Source of the DNA: Barnesiella sp.
Lineage (GTDB): Bacteria; Bacteroidota; Bacteroidia; Bacteroidales; Barnesiellaceae_A
Assembly: GCA_045645425.1 (NCBI GenBank)
Contig: JAZRIS010000004.1
Coordinates: 103,445 to 167,444, forward strand
DNA: 64,000 nt
Reading direction: 5' to 3'
The translations under genes were made by a program, and so were the position numbers. Below, one piece after another: positions 20,301-30,278 of the stretch (positions are counted from its first letter, which is position 1; each line of letters opens with the position of its first letter). A model generated the notes under the pieces. It made no database searches and was not told the DNA's origin. It saw only the letters and a list, made by a program, of their open reading frames with translations.

Positions 20301-21920
20301 CTATGCAAGTGTGCTTAAATAGGAGAAGAGAGCTTTTGAATTTTCAAATCCCATTTTTCGAGCAAGCTGCTGACGTTTTTTCTTGCAATATTCGGGTGTT
20401 ATATTCAACAAAGATGCAATCTCTTTGGTGCTGAGATTGATATATATGAGCGATAGAAATCGTATTTCATTGGCATTGAGTTCGGGATGTTTCTCTCGCA
20501 AGGCCGCAATGAAAGCATCATTGCGTTGCTCGAAATAGGTAGAAAAATCTTGCCATGCCTCATTCTCGTCAATGGCTCGTTGCAGGCGAGTAATGGTGTG
20601 TTTGAGAAGCGTATCGTTGCTATCTCGCAGATATTGCGATTTGGACAACTCCCCAACGATATTAGTAACAATATCGTTGCGATTGGCCACAATCATGGCC
20701 TTGGTCATGAGTTCTTTGTCGCGCAACTCTATCTCGTGCTTGTAACGCTCCTCTTCGAGCAACGCTTGGGTGCGCTGTTCTTCGAGCTGTTTCTGCAAGA
20801 GTTGTTGCTGATGCTTCTCTCTCTCGATATTGAGATGCGATATTTCTTTCTCTTGTCGGTTTTTTACTATCTGGTTGATAAGAGCCCACGCCAATATAAT
20901 AGATGCCAATATACCCATTCCCAGCACAATATAACTTGCCTGTGCACGCAAACGATACTCTTCTATCTCATTTTCGCGACGCAAGAGCTCTATCTGCGTA
21001 TTGGCATTCTCAAAGTTTCGCTCGGCCTGTATGTTTCTTATCGAATCGGATACTTGCAAGACCGAGTCTTGATACAGATAAGCCATCCTATAACGCTGTG
21101 TGGTATAATATATATCGGCAAGAGTCTCGTAAAGTTTTTTGCGCTCTTCGATACTTATTGCATGCGATAGAGCTTGTCGGCTATATTTGATGGCTGCATT
21201 GTAGTCTTTTACATCCACCATTGTCTGCACAAGAACAATCAGAGCCGCCGCCTCCACAGCCTCTTGACTTGTGGACATGGCTTTATTGAGAACTTGCAAT
21301 GCCTTCTGATAGGCCTCTTCATATTTCCCATTCTTACACAAATAATTGGCTTTTATAATCTGTAGGTCGAGGCTCTCTTTGGGCGAATTGACAAACATTT
21401 TTTCGGCAATTTCTATATACTCTGCTGTTTGTTCATACTTATTGAGGCTCAATGATATATTGGCAATATTCATGGCACAACCGCCTATAAAGAGAGAGTC
21501 GCCACTATCCAAGGCCGACTTATAGGCCAGCATCGACTGTTCAAGTGCCTCCTCATACTTGCGATCGAGTATATACACACCCGCAATGTTATTTATAACG
21601 CTCATCTCAAAGCGTTTATCAAGCTTTTCGGCTGCAATCTGATAGGCCTTCGAGAGATTGTTGAGCGAGGTGGGATAGTCGGTCAATTCGGCATAATTGA
21701 TACCTATATTGGTATATATCCAAAATTGATATTCATAAGCATTCTTCTGCCTTGCTATCTCCTCGGCTTGCGACAAGAGCTCCAGAGAACTGAAGTAATC
21801 TTTCTCGTCGGATGCTTGTATGGCCGCACGCAACAAGCTGTCACACGACTCTATATTCTGTGCCGCAAGAATTGACGGGCACAGCAAAAGCACAATGTAT
21901 AGAATGACTCTTAATTTCAT
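20301..21920 (-). CDS. membrane-anchored one-component regulator: signal/anchor, TPR repeats, TM helix, coiled coil, LuxR-type HTH
   Basis: ORF 20301..21962. The likely start is the internal Met (MKLRVILYIVLLLCPSILAAQ, ATG at 21920), which avoids overlap with rnhB. TPR-like repeats span aa ~40-300. The TM segment is ASYIVLGMGILASIILAWALINQIV (aa 342-366 in ORF numbering), followed by a charged coiled coil. The C-terminal LNANEIRFLSLIYINLSTKEIASLLNITPEYCKKKRQQLARKMGF is a LuxR/GerE-like HTH. Confidence 0.75.
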   Translation of the reverse strand: MKLRVILYIVLLLCPSILAAQNIESCDSLLRAAIQASDEKDYFSSLELLSQAEEIARQKNAYEYQFWIYTNIGINYAELTDYPTSLNNLSKAYQIAAEKLDKRFEMSVINNIAGVYILDRKYEEALEQSMLAYKSALDSGDSLFIGGCAMNIANISLSLNKYEQTAEYIEIAEKMFVNSPKESLDLQIIKANYLCKNGKYEEAYQKALQVLNKAMSTSQEAVEAAALIVLVQTMVDVKDYNAAIKYSRQALSHAISIEERKKLYETLADIYYTTQRYRMAYLYQDSVLQVSDSIRNIQAERNFENANTQIELLRRENEIEEYRLRAQASYIVLGMGILASIILAWALINQIVKNRQEKEISHLNIEREKHQQQLLQKQLEEQRTQALLEEERYKHEIELRDKELMTKAMIVANRNDIVTNIVGELSKSQYLRDSNDTLLKHTITRLQRAIDENEAWQDFSTYFEQRNDAFIAALREKHPELNANEIRFLSLIYINLSTKEIASLLNITPEYCKKKRQQLARKMGFENSKALFSYLSTLA

Positions 21921-21954
21921 TATTGACAGCTTGAATACAACAGGGTTGTATGAG

Positions 21955-22554
21955 TTATTCAAAAAGCTTGAGTTGCGGATCGGTCAGGCGGAAAGATTGT
22001 CGATGAAATGGGGTGATGCCATATCGAACAATAGCATCGCGGTGTTGCTCGGTGGGATAGCCCTTGTTTTTATCCCATCCATATTGCGGATATTGCTCAT
22101 GGAGTTGCATCATATAGTCGTCGCGATAGGTCTTGGCCAAAACAGATGCTGCGGCAATAGAGAGAAATTTACCATCACCCTTTACCACACAGGTATGTGG
22201 TATATCCTTGTAGGGTTTAAACCTATTGCCATCTATAAGCAAATGCTGGGGAACAACCGATAACTGCTCTACGGCTCGTTGCATAGCCAATATCGACGCA
22301 TTGAGAATATTTATCTTATCTATCTCTTGAGGCGACACTGTGGCTACTGCCCACGCTATGGCCTCTTGTTCGATAATAGGCCGCAACATATAACGTTGCT
22401 TTTCGGTAAGCTGTTTTGAGTCGTTGAGCAACGGATGTCTATAATCTTGCGGCAGGATAACAGCGGCCGCAAATACTGCGCCCGACAAGCATCCGCGTCC
22501 GGCTTCATCACATCCGGCCTCTATACGGCCATTCTGCATACACGACAAGAGCAT
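21955..22554 (-). CDS. rnhB: ribonuclease HII
   Basis: 199 aa. Contains [22 protein letters not shown] (DEAGRG catalytic motif) and the ...[10 protein letters not shown]... pattern of RNase HII. Confidence 0.9.
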   Translation of the reverse strand: MLLSCMQNGRIEAGCDEAGRGCLSGAVFAAAVILPQDYRHPLLNDSKQLTEKQRYMLRPIIEQEAIAWAVATVSPQEIDKINILNASILAMQRAVEQLSVVPQHLLIDGNRFKPYKDIPHTCVVKGDGKFLSIAAASVLAKTYRDDYMMQLHEQYPQYGWDKNKGYPTEQHRDAIVRYGITPFHRQSFRLTDPQLKLFE

Positions 22555-22737
22555 ATCTCACTCATTTTGGAACGGAACTCAAAAACTTTATTCCAACACA
22601 TTTGTTATAATGATGTATGAGAGATACAACCACATGCTCTCGTACCTCAAATAAAGTTGTTTGTTATTCCTAAGTTATAGTTTGCTATTTGTTTGATTTA
22701 AGAGATGATAGGGGTGCATCGTGAGATGTGCCCCTAT

Positions 22738-23814
22738 TTACATTGAACCATTGGCAACTCCCATATGCACAATTCCGCCCGTTGTAGGGTCAAATACAAC
22801 ATATGTAGGTTGCTTCTTGTGTACTAACAATGCAGGATCCAAGCCAAACACAACACCCAACTGCGCTACATCCAATACTTTTTTTACCAAGCTCTTGCCA
22901 TTGTATTGCAAGGTTATTTCCATCTTGCCCGGGATATTATATGCAATGGCACCTTTGGGTACTTTCTTTACAACGCCTTTGTTGTCGATAGGATACTCTC
23001 CTCTCTCCAAGACTTGAGCCGACAAATAAATGGGAACTCCACTCAAATCATTGACATCAACAAAACCGAGGTGTTGCGAAAAACGCATCACTACTCTATT
23101 ATCTACATTGTCCTGTGGTGTAAACTCTATACGATGAGCCGAATACTCTACCGAGGTCGTTCCGGTAAACATCGCGGTAAGAGCCGCCTCTTGTTGGTCG
23201 AGTTGCTCGATAATTATTCTCAACGACTCGCCATCGGCAGGCATGTTGTCGGCCTCGCCGGTGAGAATATCCATACGACTCTCGCGAATACGATATATTT
23301 GTTTGGCTACCATTTCGGCCATCTTGGCTACCGAGCCCGACATGAGAATATCTCCCGATAGAGCCTTTGAGTTATCCACCGTGTGAATAACATTGGGAGC
23401 AAGTGCAGGAAATGTATCGGCCACATACGCATCAGGAGTTGTATTGGCGGCAAGAATTGTAAACTCCTTGCTCACATATATATATGGTGTCTGTCCCGAC
23501 TTAAAAGTAAGCTGATAACGAGCCTCGGTATTGGCTACACCACGTGCAACAAGTGTTGCCCCTTCAAGTTTCCACACCTCGCTATCCTCGGTAATGACAT
23601 CTGTTATTCCCAGATATTTGCGGGCATACTGATAGTATTCGCCGGCCTTGCGAGTTGTCTTTGAAGCTACAAATTCTATCTCGGTAGTTGTTTTGGGCAG
23701 ATAGTAGTTGAGTGCATAGTCATTGAACTTTTCGGGCAACAACTGTACCATTTCCTGCGCCGAGGCAAGAAAAGCAAGTCCTAAGACAAGGGTTGTTAGA
23801 ATGCTTCGTTTCAT
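22738..23814 (-). CDS. secreted hypothetical protein (possibly DUF4831 family; recalled from memory, unverified)
   Basis: 358 aa. Signal peptide MKRSILTTLVLGLAFLASAQ. No catalytic motif recognised. The YALNYYLPKTTTEIEF...YYQYARKYLGI pattern resembles DUF4831 proteins of Bacteroidales. Confidence 0.5.
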   Translation of the reverse strand: MKRSILTTLVLGLAFLASAQEMVQLLPEKFNDYALNYYLPKTTTEIEFVASKTTRKAGEYYQYARKYLGITDVITEDSEVWKLEGATLVARGVANTEARYQLTFKSGQTPYIYVSKEFTILAANTTPDAYVADTFPALAPNVIHTVDNSKALSGDILMSGSVAKMAEMVAKQIYRIRESRMDILTGEADNMPADGESLRIIIEQLDQQEAALTAMFTGTTSVEYSAHRIEFTPQDNVDNRVVMRFSQHLGFVDVNDLSGVPIYLSAQVLERGEYPIDNKGVVKKVPKGAIAYNIPGKMEITLQYNGKSLVKKVLDVAQLGVVFGLDPALLVHKKQPTYVVFDPTTGGIVHMGVANGSM

Positions 23815-23849
23815 ATCAAAGGATGTTAGCTATCGGTGTGAATGTTGAT

Positions 23850-25379
23850 TTATTTGTCGTAATTGCGTATTTTTTTAAATGCCTTACCCACATTGGCAAC
23901 TATATCTTGCGCCGTGATATACTCCTCACAGTTCTCTGCCGAGGCTATGTCACCGGCTGTTCCATGTAGATGCACAGCCAAAACAGCAGCCTTGAGCGAG
24001 TCATATCCTTGTGCCAACAATGAGGTAATGATGCCCGTGAGCACATCGCCACTGCCGGCTGTAGCCATGCCGTTGTTACCACAATTATTGATATATACTT
24101 CTCCGCGAGGCGATACAATAGCCGTGTGCGCACCCTTGAGGACTATAATAATATTGTATCGACTTGCCATCGAAATAGCTTGCTGCAAGCGATGCGAGTC
24201 GCTATCTATAATACACTCAAAGAGTCGCTCAAACTCGCCCACATGCGGCGTAATGATAGAGCCGGCAGGCAAGAGGTCGAGAAGCTCGGGTTGGCGTGCA
24301 AGGATATGCAGCGCATCGGCATCAAAAACCACAGGTATTTTTATTCCATCCGACAACATCTTGAGCATGCAAGAGGTCTGCTTGGCTCCGTATCCCATAC
24401 CGGGACCTATACCCATAGCGGTGTATTTGGAGTTTATCGTTACATCGCTACATACCAAGTCTTCAGCATCAGGCTCATAAAGAGCCTCGGGAACGGTAGT
24501 CTGCATAATGACGTTGCCACAACGCGGGGCATGCACCGTTGCCAATCCCACACCACTGTGCATAGCAGCCTTGGTTGCCAACACGGTTGCACCCATCATA
24601 CCATAGCGTCCGCTTACAAGCAGTGCATGACCATATGTGCGCTTATCCGAGAATTTTTCGCGAGTGCGTATCAAAGAAGCCACATCGCTACTCTCTATGC
24701 AATAGAAGTGCGATAGCGCATCGGTGGTGGCATCGGGCTTCAATCCTATATCGAGCACCTGCCATTTGCCCACAAAAGGCTCATTCTCCTTAAAGAAAAA
24801 TGCCAATTTGGGATATTGAAAAGTGTAGGTAACATGCGCCCTGACAATATGGCGCATCTCGTTTTTCTGTGTCCAATCGGCCATCAATCCCGATGGTATA
24901 TCAATAGATACAACATAAGATTCCGAGTCATTGATATACTCAACAAGCGATGTAAAACCTCCCGACAAAGGTTTGTTAAGACCCGTACCAAAGAGGCCGT
25001 CGATAACCAACGTTTCGGCCGTTAGATGTGGCGGGCGGAAAGTCTTGACTACCTCATCAAGTTGTGCATTAGGGAACTCGGCTTTGAGCCTATCCAAGTT
25101 GGTCTGACAATCGGGGCTGAGTTGCGACGATGTGATAAAGACATATATTTGCGGATTATATCCCTCTATCATAAGCAGTCGTGCTATGGCCAGCGCATCG
25201 CCACCATTATTGCCCGGTCCTGCAAAGATGCAGATGTGTTTATTGCGCGGATAATTCGATATAATCTCATACACTATCGCCGAGGCGGCACGCTCCATCA
25301 AGTCCAATGACGAGATGCCTTCCTGTTCTATCGTATTTTGGTCGATTTTGCGCAAATCGGCTGCCGAAAATATCTTCAT
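23850..25379 (-). CDS. nnr: bifunctional NAD(P)H-hydrate repair enzyme (epimerase + ADP-dependent dehydratase)
   Basis: ORF 23850..25415. The YjeF-N part has IFAGPGNNGGDALAIARLL and the C-terminal kinase-like part has GMATAGSGDVLTGIITSLLAQG. The start is set at MKIFSAADLRKID (ATG at 25379) because a -7 box overlaps the longer ORF's start. Confidence 0.85.
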   Translation of the reverse strand: MKIFSAADLRKIDQNTIEQEGISSLDLMERAASAIVYEIISNYPRNKHICIFAGPGNNGGDALAIARLLMIEGYNPQIYVFITSSQLSPDCQTNLDRLKAEFPNAQLDEVVKTFRPPHLTAETLVIDGLFGTGLNKPLSGGFTSLVEYINDSESYVVSIDIPSGLMADWTQKNEMRHIVRAHVTYTFQYPKLAFFFKENEPFVGKWQVLDIGLKPDATTDALSHFYCIESSDVASLIRTREKFSDKRTYGHALLVSGRYGMMGATVLATKAAMHSGVGLATVHAPRCGNVIMQTTVPEALYEPDAEDLVCSDVTINSKYTAMGIGPGMGYGAKQTSCMLKMLSDGIKIPVVFDADALHILARQPELLDLLPAGSIITPHVGEFERLFECIIDSDSHRLQQAISMASRYNIIIVLKGAHTAIVSPRGEVYINNCGNNGMATAGSGDVLTGIITSLLAQGYDSLKAAVLAVHLHGTAGDIASAENCEEYITAQDIVANVGKAFKKIRNYDK

Positions 25380-25412
25380 AATACTCTTTTTTCTCCGTAA
25401 TACTCGAATATA

Positions 25413-25420
25413 CAAAGATA
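25413..25420 (-). promoter_or_regulatory. -7 box TATCTTTG (minus strand) for nnr
   Basis: The plus strand reads CAAAGATA, an exact TAnnTTTG on the minus strand, 34 nt upstream of the ATG at 25379. Confidence 0.45.
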
Positions 25421-25572
25421 ATGCTTAGCAAGCAAAAGACAAAGAGCCTATAACAATTTTATTTCTATCACATATATTTTACACACCTACACACATTGCC
25501 AAGCTCATAGCGACATTGAAAAATAGTACAAAAATATTCTCAAAAGGTGTTCGGTATTTTGTTTTTAAGTTG

Positions 25573-25580
25573 TACCTTTG
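25573..25580 (+). promoter_or_regulatory. -7 box TACCTTTG for hpt
   Basis: Exact TAnnTTTG, 26 nt upstream of the ATG at 25606. Confidence 0.5.
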
Positions 25581-25605
25581 TAAAAATTCATTACATTCAA
25601 TCGAT

Positions 25606-26148
25606 ATGGATACCATTAAACTGAAAGACCTGACATTCAAGCCCTATATCAAAAGCGACGAGATAGCTCGCGCCGTGAAGAATGTGGCTATGCGTATCAA
25701 TGCCGACCTTGCCGACAAAAATCCGTTATTTATATGCGTACTTAATGGAGCTTTTGTATTTGCTGCCGACCTCTTTCGTGAGATAAACATCCCCGGAGCA
25801 GAGATAACTTTTATTCGCATGAAATCGTATATAGGCACTCACAGCACCGGCGAAGTACAAATGGTATCGGGATTGAGTGAAGACATTTCGGGTCGTACCA
25901 TCGTCATTGTAGAGGACATTGTCGATACAGGCCATACACTCAAGCAACTCAAGTCACTTTTGCAAGAGTGCAATCCCGCCGAGATAAAGGTTGCCACCCT
26001 ACTCTTTAAGCCCGAGTCGCTCAAGTGCGATGTTACCATTGATTATGTGGCATTGGATATTCCCCCTGCATTCATCGTAGGATACGGACTCGACTACGAC
26101 GACTTGGGAAGAAACCTCAAAGATATATATACTATTGTACAAGAATAA
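25606..26148 (+). CDS. hpt: hypoxanthine phosphoribosyltransferase
   Basis: ORF 25516..26148. The start is reset to MDTIKLKDLTF because the promoter box lies inside the longer ORF. The PRPP-binding motif VIVEDIVDTGHTL is present. Confidence 0.9.
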   Translation: MDTIKLKDLTFKPYIKSDEIARAVKNVAMRINADLADKNPLFICVLNGAFVFAADLFREINIPGAEITFIRMKSYIGTHSTGEVQMVSGLSEDISGRTIVIVEDIVDTGHTLKQLKSLLQECNPAEIKVATLLFKPESLKCDVTIDYVALDIPPAFIVGYGLDYDDLGRNLKDIYTIVQE

Positions 26149-26170
26149 AATAAAAGAATAAGATAGACAC

Positions 26171-26743
26171 ATGAATATAGTAATTTTTGGAGCACCCGGC
26201 TCGGGCAAAGGAACACAAAGTGCTTTGCTTATTGAAGAATATGGCTACTATCATATCTCAACAGGCGACGTATTGCGAGCCGAGATAGCACAAGGCTCTG
26301 AGTTAGGCAAAATTGCCGAATCTTATATTTCTAAAGGTCAGCTCATCCCCGATGAGTTGATGATTGACATCTTGGACAGCGTATTGGCTGCCCACCCCGA
26401 AAGTGCCAAGGGTGTGGTTTTCGACGGATTTCCCCGCACTATACACCAAGCCGAAACATTGGACGTATTGTTGGCCAAGCGCAATGGCAAGGTCGATGTG
26501 GTAATAGGTCTTGAGGTTGAGGAGGAAGAATTGATAGAACGACTCATCAATCGTGGCAAAACGTCGGGTCGCAGCGATGACAACATGGAAACCATCAAGA
26601 AGCGCTTGGATGTATATAACAACCAAACCAACCCCTTGCGCGATCATTACCTCGAACAAGGCAAATATGTAGCCATACATGGCATGGGTAGCATCAACGA
26701 CATCTTCAACGAGATAAAGACTGCCATAAACTCATTGAAATAA
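26171..26743 (+). CDS. adk: adenylate kinase
   Basis: MNIVIFGAPGSGKGTQS P-loop, GDVLRAEI, and the short LID type (no Cys4 zinc knuckle). Confidence 0.95.
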   Translation: MNIVIFGAPGSGKGTQSALLIEEYGYYHISTGDVLRAEIAQGSELGKIAESYISKGQLIPDELMIDILDSVLAAHPESAKGVVFDGFPRTIHQAETLDVLLAKRNGKVDVVIGLEVEEEELIERLINRGKTSGRSDDNMETIKKRLDVYNNQTNPLRDHYLEQGKYVAIHGMGSINDIFNEIKTAINSLK

Positions 26744-26908
26744 CCCGCCGCTAAAACATAATACCATATAAGAAGGCTGTGTCGAAATGATAAATTCCGG
26801 CACAGCTTTTTCTTTTGGGTCGAGGAGCATACACACAAGTGTGCCAAGAAAGTAATCTTTCGACAAGACTACTCCTATAAGAAAAAGAGAAATTGAGGTG
26901 TAATAAAA

Positions 26909-27694
26909 CTACTGCTTGGAACTATCCGAGGCTTCGGATAGGGGTTGTCGAAGTGTTTCGAGAATATTTTTGTGCCGCTTGATATAGCGCAATGCCTCAT
27001 GCGCAGCCACCTGCTGAGCCTCTTTCTTGGTATAGCCCTTGCCGCTACCCATACATTGCCCGGCAACAAATATGCGGGCATGGAAAACCGGATTTTTGTG
27101 TTCATCGCTCGATATATCGTCAATATCAAAGCGATAGTCTATACGATGATGCTGACACCACTCTATCAATCGCGACTTGAAATTGACCTCTTGGCGAGAT
27201 AGCTGCTCGATATTGACATACCGGTTTATTATTCTCTCTTCAACTATTTTACGGCAAGAATCAAATCCTTGATCGAGATATATCGCACCCACAAGTGCTT
27301 CCAAGGCGTTGCCATAGGTGTGATTGTTGTGAGAGAACGATTGCGTTGTCACCTCCACTATCTTGTCCAATCCCATCTCCAAGGCCACATGATTGAGCGT
27401 GTCGCGTTGCACTATCTTTGAACGGGTCTTTGACAAGAAACCCTCGTCTTTATTGTCAAAAGCCTTGAATATTATATCGGACACTATTGCGCCAAGAATA
27501 GCATCGCCCAAGAACTCCAAGCGCTCATTATCGTGTTTCTGATGCGAGTCGCGCGTTGCCGAGCGATGACGGCACGCCTGCTTAAAGAGTTCTATATCAT
27601 TGGGACAAAATCCCAACATGTCATAAAAAACACGATAAGGCTCACGACGACGCAACGCCATGAGCCTTATACGTTTATAAATAGATTGAAACAC
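26909..27694 (-). CDS. rnc: ribonuclease III
   Basis: The NERLEFLGDAILG signature and a C-terminal dsRBD (GSGKGYTKKEAQQVAAHEAL). It sits directly downstream of fabF, as in acpP-fabF-rnc clusters. Confidence 0.92.
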   Translation of the reverse strand: MFQSIYKRIRLMALRRREPYRVFYDMLGFCPNDIELFKQACRHRSATRDSHQKHDNERLEFLGDAILGAIVSDIIFKAFDNKDEGFLSKTRSKIVQRDTLNHVALEMGLDKIVEVTTQSFSHNNHTYGNALEALVGAIYLDQGFDSCRKIVEERIINRYVNIEQLSRQEVNFKSRLIEWCQHHRIDYRFDIDDISSDEHKNPVFHARIFVAGQCMGSGKGYTKKEAQQVAAHEALRYIKRHKNILETLRQPLSEASDSSKQ

Positions 27695-27696
27695 GA

Positions 27697-28962
27697 CTAT
27701 TTCTCAAATTTTTTCAAGATAACGCAAGCATTGTGACCACCAAATCCAAACGTATTGGACATAACGGCACGTATTTCACGTTTTTGCGCCTTGTTGAATG
27801 TAAAATTAAGATTGTAGTCTATCTCAGGATCGTTATCTCCCTCTTCGTGGTTGATTGTGGGAGGAACTATACCTTCATTCATAGCCTTGATACACAACAC
27901 AGCCTCAAGCGCACCGGCTGCACCCAGAAGGTGACCTGTCATTGACTTGGTAGAGCTGATATTGAGTTTATAAGCATGCTCGCCAAAGACCTCTTTTATA
28001 GCTTTCACTTCCGATATATCACCGACAGGTGTCGATGTACCGTGTGTGTTTATATAATCAATATCTTCGGGTTGCATCTCGGCATCTTCGAGAGCATTGC
28101 GCATAACGAGCTTTGCACCCAAGCCCTCGGGGTGAGTAGCTGTGAGGTGATAAGCATCGGCAGCAAGGCCTCCGCCTGCAATCTCGGCATATATTTTAGC
28201 ACCACGAGCAATAGCATGTTCCATCTCTTCGAGAATAAGACAGCTACCACCCTCACCCATCACAAAACCATCGCGCGAGCCACTAAAGGGACGCGATGCT
28301 GTTTGGGGTGCATCATTGCGTGTAGAGAGCGCATGCATCGAGTTGAAACCTCCTACACCGGCAGCATAGATAGCTGCTTCGGCACCTCCCGATATGATTA
28401 CATCGGCTTTACCCAAGCGAATGTAATTGTAGGCATCTATCAGAGAGTGATTGGAGGATGCACATGCCGATACGGTACCAAAGTTGGGACCATGAAATCC
28501 ATACAACATAGAAATCTGTCCTGCTGCTATGTCGGCAATCATCTTGGGGATGAAGAAAGGACTATAGCGAGGACCTCTTTCGGGATGCAAGGCATAGTTG
28601 GTAACCTCTTGCTCAAAAGTTCCCAATCCACCTATACCTGCCGCATAGATAACTCCGGCACGCTCACGATTGATTTTCTCTACATCGATACCCGAGTCAT
28701 TCATAGCCTCTTTTACGGCTGCGATGGCATATTGTGCAAAAAGATCGAGCTTACGAGCATCCTTGACATTGTCAAAGTAGTTGAGCGGATCGAAATTTTT
28801 TACCTCGCACGCAAATTGAGTCTTGAACTCGGTGGCATCAAAATGTGTAATAGGTCCGGCTCCACTTACTCCATTGACAGCAGCGTTCCAAGTTTCCTCG
28901 ACACTATTGCCCAATGGCGTAATTGAACCCAGACCTGTTACTACAACTCTTTTGAGCTCCAT
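27697..28962 (-). CDS. fabF: beta-ketoacyl-ACP synthase II
   Basis: 421 aa. Active-site context GTVSACASSNHSL, then HGTSTPVGD and NTFGFGGHNA motifs (Cys-His-His triad). Confidence 0.95.
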   Translation of the reverse strand: MELKRVVVTGLGSITPLGNSVEETWNAAVNGVSGAGPITHFDATEFKTQFACEVKNFDPLNYFDNVKDARKLDLFAQYAIAAVKEAMNDSGIDVEKINRERAGVIYAAGIGGLGTFEQEVTNYALHPERGPRYSPFFIPKMIADIAAGQISMLYGFHGPNFGTVSACASSNHSLIDAYNYIRLGKADVIISGGAEAAIYAAGVGGFNSMHALSTRNDAPQTASRPFSGSRDGFVMGEGGSCLILEEMEHAIARGAKIYAEIAGGGLAADAYHLTATHPEGLGAKLVMRNALEDAEMQPEDIDYINTHGTSTPVGDISEVKAIKEVFGEHAYKLNISSTKSMTGHLLGAAGALEAVLCIKAMNEGIVPPTINHEEGDNDPEIDYNLNFTFNKAQKREIRAVMSNTFGFGGHNACVILKKFEK

Positions 28963-28965
28963 AAA

Positions 28966-29208
28966 TTATTTAGAGGCAAGAGCTTGTTCGATGTGCTCGA
29001 TAGCTTCGCCTACAGTTGTAATTTTTTCTGCTTCCTCATCGGGAATTTTGATATCGAATGTATTTTCGAAATCCATGATCATTTCAACTGTATCGAGTGA
29101 ATCAGCACCCAAATCGTTGGCAAAGCTTGCTTCGTTAGTAACAGCAGACTCGGGACGACCCAAACGTTCTGCGATGATTGATCTTACTTTTACTGCAACT
29201 TCAGACAT
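28966..29208 (-). CDS. acpP: acyl carrier protein
   Basis: 80 aa with the [10 protein letters not shown] phosphopantetheine attachment motif. Confidence 0.95.
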   Translation of the reverse strand: MSEVAVKVRSIIAERLGRPESAVTNEASFANDLGADSLDTVEMIMDFENTFDIKIPDEEAEKITTVGEAIEHIEQALASK

Positions 29209-29407
29209 AGTTTTTTATTTTTTAATGATTTAATAAAAAGTTTCTTTCAAAATGCTCTGCAAAGAAAAGGTTTTTTGCCGAATTATGCCCTATTTTATGC
29301 CAAGAAAATGCCCAATAATGCACAAAGAAATCTGCCATGTGCACGTTTTTGCAACTTTTCGGTCTGTTTTCTCTACTTCAACAACCTCTTTGCAAGCACA
29401 AGCCGGC

Positions 29408-30142
29408 TTATTTTACCTCTTCGGCACGAGGCTCATTATAGTTGAGAATGGTGATATTTTCTTGTGTGGGCTTTTCAATAACCACAACAGGCTTGTTGCC
29501 GAAAACATACTCTTGCGAGATATTTTGGCCATCGTTATCTACATAGCTCACCACATATACCGAGGCAACAACCTCTTGGGGGTTGCGTTCCGCAAAGGGA
29601 TACATCATGGGATGTGTGGCTGCATATCCGTCAAGAGTAAGCGCCACGAATTGCTCATATTCGGCCTGCAACGCCTCGGCATCGCGAGTAAATGAATAGC
29701 TGCGACTGCGGTCGAACTTGAGATACTCTTCGTGTGTCGAAGGCAATTTTTGAGCCGCCTTCAAGTAGCCCTCTATTTTGTTTTTATACTTGATATTATT
29801 GCCATACTGACGCTTGGCGGCCTCATACTTCTTCATGTAGTCTTCGTGACGTAGTATATTGGCTCGCTCATCCTTCTCGCAGTCTTCGAGTTTCTTCTCC
29901 CATGCGAGCTTCTTCTCTTCAACCATTTGTTGATACTCCTGCGCCAAGAGATAAGTTGTATAGGCAATACTGTCGGCCACGGTAATATCTTGTGCATGCT
30001 CAATGGTTATATTTTCTTTATCGGCAACATTTACGCCTTCATACTCAACAAAGGCATCGATATAATCTTGCTCTGTGGGACCACCGGCACATGATACAAG
30101 GAGCGACACCGCAGCAAGAACGACTAATAGTTGATTTTTCAT
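29408..30142 (-). CDS. hypothetical lipoprotein
   Basis: Lipobox in MKNQLLVVLAAVSLLVSCAGG. The rest is charged and helical (many E/K/Y). No recognisable family. Confidence 0.6.
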   Translation of the reverse strand: MKNQLLVVLAAVSLLVSCAGGPTEQDYIDAFVEYEGVNVADKENITIEHAQDITVADSIAYTTYLLAQEYQQMVEEKKLAWEKKLEDCEKDERANILRHEDYMKKYEAAKRQYGNNIKYKNKIEGYLKAAQKLPSTHEEYLKFDRSRSYSFTRDAEALQAEYEQFVALTLDGYAATHPMMYPFAERNPQEVVASVYVVSYVDNDGQNISQEYVFGNKPVVVIEKPTQENITILNYNEPRAEEVK

Positions 30143-30248
30143 AATTCTTTCTATTTGGAATAATTTGTTATGCTATTCTTTTTTTGTGAACGAAAGTGCA
30201 AATCTACTGTTTTTATTTGAAAGAATTAATAAAATGGCAAAAAATTTG

Positions 30249-30256
30249 TAGTTTTG
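30249..30256 (+). promoter_or_regulatory. -7 box TAGTTTTG for the HAD-aroB pair
   Basis: Exact TAnnTTTG. It overlaps the first ATG of the tracked ORF (30258), which favours the ATG at 30279. Confidence 0.45.
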
Positions 30257-30278
30257 CATGCAACAGCAACTACCGAAT

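Noticed and set aside
6795-21962. The T9SS cargo block as a horizontally acquired island or mobile element
   Set aside because: I saw no integrase, transposase, flanking tRNA or direct repeats, and no obvious composition shift by eye. Without k-mer statistics I cannot support a mobility claim.
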